The notes beneath the pieces are model-generated. The model was not told where the DNA came from and made no database searches. It saw only the letters and a program-made list of their open reading frames with translations. Below, one piece after another: positions 50,327 to 56,336 of a stretch of 56,336 nucleotides of DNA; position 1 is the first letter of the stretch, and each line of letters starts with the position of its first letter. A program made the translations under genes and the position numbers. This DNA is from Dirinaria sp. TL-2023a (lineage: Eukaryota): assembly GCA_051941275.1 (NCBI GenBank), contig JAVEBF010000014.1, positions 1-56,336 on the forward strand. Direction: 5' to 3'.

Positions 50327-53300
50327 TTAGCAGCTCCGACCGCGCTCTTCGTCGCTGACAGAAAAGCGTGGTCGGCGGTATGTGTAGCCAATGAAAGCCC
50401 CTTTCTTACGCAGCTCCAGCGCCTGCCGGCCCACGGCCTTGTCCCGGAGCACCCGGTCACGCGGTCGTTTCTTTTGCTTCCCTTTCCCGACCTTTCTCAT
50501 TGCGCCTATAGCCCCCTGCTCGTTCTGTTGTCCCAAGGCTCCATCCACCTGCGTCGTTTGGCCTGCAGCATCAGTCTCTTCCGATCGATTGTCGTCTGGT
50601 ACACTGCTAGAACTAGAGGCGTCATCGACATCGCTAATTGGCTCTTCGTCGTCAAAGTATTTAGTGTCCTCCCGACTCTTCACATCAGGAACGAACGGCG
50701 GTCGGGAAAGATGGAGACGATCCCAGGAGAGGCCGTGGAAGAACGGATGTGCTTTGATATCAGTGGCATCATCTGGATACACGTAGTAGCCTTGGTAGTC
50801 TCGCGACTGCTTGTCCGCTCGGCTGGTCATCAGGTGGCCGGGCATGCGCTTTGAGTGCTGATGGTCGTTGAACTTGTATTTCTTGGAGCAGATTCGGTGC
50901 TCCTTCTCCTGAAGCAGACTGTTGATGAGTTCCATAGCTTCGAAGGATACCCTCTCCCTCTTGTCTGTAGGCTCTGGAGACGGAAACTTTAAAGATGTGG
51001 CGTTGTTCTATGACATCCGTTAGCCAACGTTTTGAGTACCCTATGATTCGTCCCATAAGCACAGCAGGCACCTGCAAGTTCAGGTGCTTGGAAGCTCGTG
51101 CCATCCGCTACCTGGAGAAGCCCATGGATACTCACCAGGATTTTGATTTTGGTGTCTTGTCTATTTTCGCAGACGAAGGGTGTGTATCCGTACAAGCACT
51201 GCCCGAAAGATTGTAAGTCGAAGGAGCAACCATTGCTGTAAGTCGAGGCGACGGCGGTTTCGCACTTATAGTGGAAAGACAAACCTCATAAAGTATGATC
51301 CCGATGCTCCACCAGTCACATCTACCATCGTATAATTCTCCACGAATGACTTCTGGAGCCATATATTGACTGGTGCCCACCACACTTCTGGCTAGCTTTC
51401 TTTTCCCTACACGGTTTCGCCACTGCAGAATGGTCTCGTTCTCACCAGGGGTGTCCTCTATATGAATCCTGTCCCGGCGCTTGCCAGGGCTCACAGCATC
51501 CGCGAGTGCCGTACCAGCTGCGACAGCAGCCCCTTCCTTGCGGTCAAGCGAGTCTCCCTCCACCTCGATGCCTAACTTGTCCATCAGAGAAAGCCTATGA
51601 TTGGTAAAGAAGTTCTGGTCATGCGCCCAGTGCCCATCAAACGCCAGACCAAAGTCAGAGATCTTCAGGTGGCCCGATGCTGAGATCAAGAAATTGTCTG
51701 GTTTGACGTCTCGGTGGATCCATCGAAGTCGGTGTGCTTCCTCTACGCATAGTATCATCTCGGCGATATACCACCGTGCTTTTTTCTCTTTTAGGATGTC
51801 TTTACGAAACAGTAGCCCCAAGAAATCACCACCAACCATGTAGTCCATTACGAGATATAGGTTTGTTGAGTCCTGGAAGCTAGCTATCAGTGGCACAACC
51901 CAACGGGATTTCTCTGATGCGACAAGAAAGTCCCTTTCTGCGCGGAGATGGCCTTCTTGGGAATTCCGGAGCATGTCGGATTTTCGTATAACCTTCATAG
52001 CGTACACTTCTCTTTTGGCTTTCCGTGCCTCTCTACTAATGATACTTTGACTCTCAAACGTCGACCGCCAAATACTTGGGGATGATGGTTTCGATTCGAC
52101 TATTGTACGTGCATCATCCTTCTCACGAACCAGGCGAACAACACCAAAGCTACCCTTACCTAGTATTCGGACAACTTGATAGCCTGCGAGATCAAACCCA
52201 GAACTTCCAGTCATTTGATTGGTCTTGCTCTTTAAAACTCGATTCTGCCGCAAATGATCTGACTCACGAAGTGCCCATGCGTAACGTTCTTGCTGACGCT
52301 GCTCGGGTGACAACCACTCTGCCAGTAGCCTAGATTCTAATTCCCTTCGCCTCAATGAGCGTGGGCTCGTTTGCCCCGAAAGAAGAGTATTGAAGTATGT
52401 CTCAAAGAAGATTTTGGCATTGGCAGTGGTTTCGACCGTGGTAACGGTGGGTTTATTGGATGGGCGAGGTGTCGGAGAGCTATTAACTCGGTCCACCGGC
52501 ATTTCTTCAATGGGTGTCAGTGGCTTCTCTCGTATAGACTCTTCAGCCTTCCCATGTGATCGTCCAGGGGCGGCCACCGAATCGAGAGATGTCTTTCCGG
52601 TCGACCAATCACCTGCAGACACGGATCCACTGTTGAAGTAGCTTGATGGGTCTGTGTCATCCTGTGGGCCCAGGTATTGCTCCTGTATTGGTGACTTGTT
52701 CGGAGAAATAGGACTACTTGCTGCAGACTGGATACCGTGACTGTTTAAGAGCTTTGGGTCACCGCTCAGAGAGGCTATACTGGGGCGTGTCCGCAGCTTG
52801 GGCCTGTGGACTACCGTTGGGTTGCTGAAAGCCGTGGAGAGCTTATGCGAAAGCTGGTGAGTAAGGCTCGGTTGGGCTACAGTGTTGCTATTCGACGTAG
52901 GCGGCACACAATTTGTGATGACATCAACCTCCTGAATGACTTGAAGAGAAGAGTGAGGAGACGCAGACGGACTTTTACAGAGACCGATGACCGGTTTCAC
53001 GTGGCGATTGGTCTGAACGTTGTCTTGCGTAGGGTTTCTTGTGGCATCTTTAACGATCGCAGTTGCAAGATCACGATCACCTGGGGTGCTTGAGGATGCA
53101 CTCGCTACATATTTACCTGGCTGGGTGTTAGATACTTAGTCGGGATGGCACTCCACAAGAGGTCATACTCATATCTCTTTGCAGACCAACGAGCGACAAC
53201 ACTTTAGAGCCGTTGCGTCGTATTCTTGCTACGGTCGTCGTAGAAACATTGCTATCTTCAGTACTGCTCCGATCCAATGGGACAACATCATTGTCTTCGG

Positions 53301-53400
53301 AAACACTTTTGCCTCCAACGACAAGCTTCTTATTTCCAGTCACGGCGCGGAGAATGCCTTTAGAGCTCCACCGATTCTTTCTTTTCCGAGACTCTGCCAT
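50327..53400 (-). CDS. AGC/NDR-family Ser/Thr protein kinase (Cbk1/Cot1-related, divergent paralog)
   Basis: Exon 1 53400-53169, exon 2 from 53116, two further introns. LGKGSFGVV, YAMKVIRK, AERDFL, HRDVKPDN, DFG, long activation-segment insert, VGTSQYMAPE, hydrophobic motif AFIGYTYRR. Confidence 0.9.
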
Positions 53401-53733
53401 GGTCCGAGGGCAGCTGCTTAAGTATAAGTATAAGACAGGGAACGAGAAGCACGAAGTGTGCTAATAATGAAATGTTGATGACTATGTATGGTAATGAGCT
53501 GATCCACTGCCTGCAACGCGACTAGCCCTCTCTCGTGCAAATGGTACTGGCAAGGGTAAGTCTAATGAATGTATGCCTTGGAAACTGGCGGTGTTGAGGC
53601 TGCGAAGACGAAGAGGCATTGTGCAGAGTAACATACACCAAGGGTCGCTTGTTGGCCGCTCAATTAGCGTCACTGCCAACCTGTGAAGCGTCCTTTAAGA
53701 GCAAGAGCTACCAAAGTAGATATCCTCTTTCGC

Positions 53734-54943
<1,210 letters not shown>

Positions 54944-55178
54944 TATCACCTAACCAGTCCAAAGGACCGCTCTTGAAGGTTATTGTAATTATCCTGCGCC
55001 GCCGCTGACCTATTTTCTTGGCTTGGGCTGCAGAGACGAATGTGGTTGAGGAGCAAGATGGGGAAAACGAATCACGGCAGACATTAGCTAGAAAAGGAAC
55101 AATCTTCCCGGATAGCAGGCAATCAAGTTGCTTTCTAGCCTTCACACCAAATACTGTGTCACATCAATGCATTCGTGA

Positions 55179-55552
55179 TTACCTTACCTTGCCTGCCTAC
55201 CTTAGGTCTAGTAATTTTTTTTGCACATACCTAAGGTACCTTAAGGTACCTTACCTAAGGTAGGTAAAGTAAAGATACGTACAGGACCTTACCTGCAGTG
55301 AGGTAAGGTACATGTAAGTCGGCCAAGATACCGAGGTGTGTAGGTACCTCACGGCTACCTTGCTTACTAGGTAGCTCGTACCTACCATATAGTACTGAGA
55401 CACCTCAAGCATACCTTACAAAGAGCAGGGAATAATGTGGAAGTCGAGGTAGGTAAGGTAAGGTCAGTAGCTAAGGTAAGTTAGGTCAGTTAGGTAAGGT
55501 AGGTAAGGTAATTGAAATTTACTCTGATCGATAAGGTACGGTAAGGTAAGGT
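55179..55552. repeat. Low-complexity AGGTA/TACCT array with a 22-bp perfect palindrome
   Basis: Many aggta/ggtaa and tacct/ttacc units in both orientations; taaggtaccttaaggtacctta at 55232-55253 is a perfect palindrome. Confidence 0.8.
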
Positions 55553-55928
55553 CACCACCACTACCTAGCTTTGACTTTCCCGCAACTCTCACCCAGCTTG
55601 GCAAGAGAATTCTTTTTCTGCATCACGATGGAAACTCGTACTATTTCCCCATCAAACACTCCGGACTTCTCCAAGAAGCTTCAACGGCTTCTTTTGCATC
55701 AATATTAATGAATTATTGCGAATGCAAGTTCTGACTGTTTGGGTTCCAGGTCCAAAATCGTGATGCTAGATCTTGGATTCTTTATTAAATCCCCGATCTT
55801 TCAAAGCTCGTGCCTTCCACTATACTTTGTAGAGTTTGCAGACATCATTTATAATGTTGGGACTGCAGAGACACGATTTCGCCAAGGCATTACGAACTCT
55901 AGATTTTAGCGTTTCCGAAACCGTTGCG

Positions 55929-56336
55929 ACAGCTTGGCATTGGAAAAACAAAAAAACACGCGGACCTCCCGTCCCATAGAACTTATACGAGTATGTAGGA
56001 CTTTAAAAACGCCCGAATTAACTCACAACGCCACGGATCATCTTTATTGCGCATCGTAGCGTTATTTTTGAAGCCGCAAATCGTCAGTATACCGACTGGT
56101 GCTGCAAGACCCTCGTCGTGGCTATGTCCTACCGCAAAATCGATTCCGCCATCAAATCCAAATCTTCATGTCTTCTTGACGGTCACTGAAAGCCTATCGA
56201 CTTCAAAAATGATGCTACGGAGCGCAATAAGCGTAATTGGTGACTTTGTGGGTCAAACGAAGAGTTTTTACAGGTTCTACATCAAATTCTATGGGAGGCC
56301 TGTGTGTGTTTTTGTGTTTTTCCAATGCCAAGCTGT
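55929..56336. mobile_element. Putative non-autonomous long-TIR element (MITE/foldback-like), ending at the window edge
   Basis: Perfect 22-bp inverted match ACAGCTTGGCATTGGAAAAACA (55929-55950) with 56315-56336; imperfect inverted similarity continues ~160 bp inward; no ORF. Confidence 0.6.

Noticed and set aside
55600..55925. Possible decayed coding or transposase fragment beside the inverted-repeat element
   Set aside because: Only short stop-interrupted frames with no transposase or RT motif I can recognise.

Overview
Gene-dense, intron-rich DNA from a filamentous ascomycete (Pezizomycotina-type GT..CTRAY..YAG introns, mostly 45-140 nt). It holds 17 recognisable protein-coding genes, nearly all housekeeping: HBS1(/SKI7), VPS27, DOA4-like deubiquitinase, CAP1, a group II PLP decarboxylase, KEL3, SGS1, MON1, DOP1, acylphosphatase, RQC2, SUA5, an NDR-family kinase, HST2, two large low-complexity hypothetical proteins and a small 3-exon mitochondrial-type membrane protein that the ORF track misses. 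I found no tRNA, rRNA, CRISPR array or intact transposase. Main points of interest: (1) the HBS1 gene has an 846-nt symmetric cassette exon carrying Ski7-type motifs, giving three frame-consistent isoforms (Hbs1, Ski7+GTPase, GTPase-less Ski7) and containing an internal 126-bp duplication; (2) a ~408-bp element with ~160-bp imperfect inverted repeats at the right end of the window; (3) a family of AGGTA/TACCT repeats seen mainly in intergenic DNA; (4) two head-to-head pairs of endosomal trafficking genes. I cannot show a wholly new system from sequence alone. Gene identities come from recalled motifs and exon structures were read by eye; no database searches were run.
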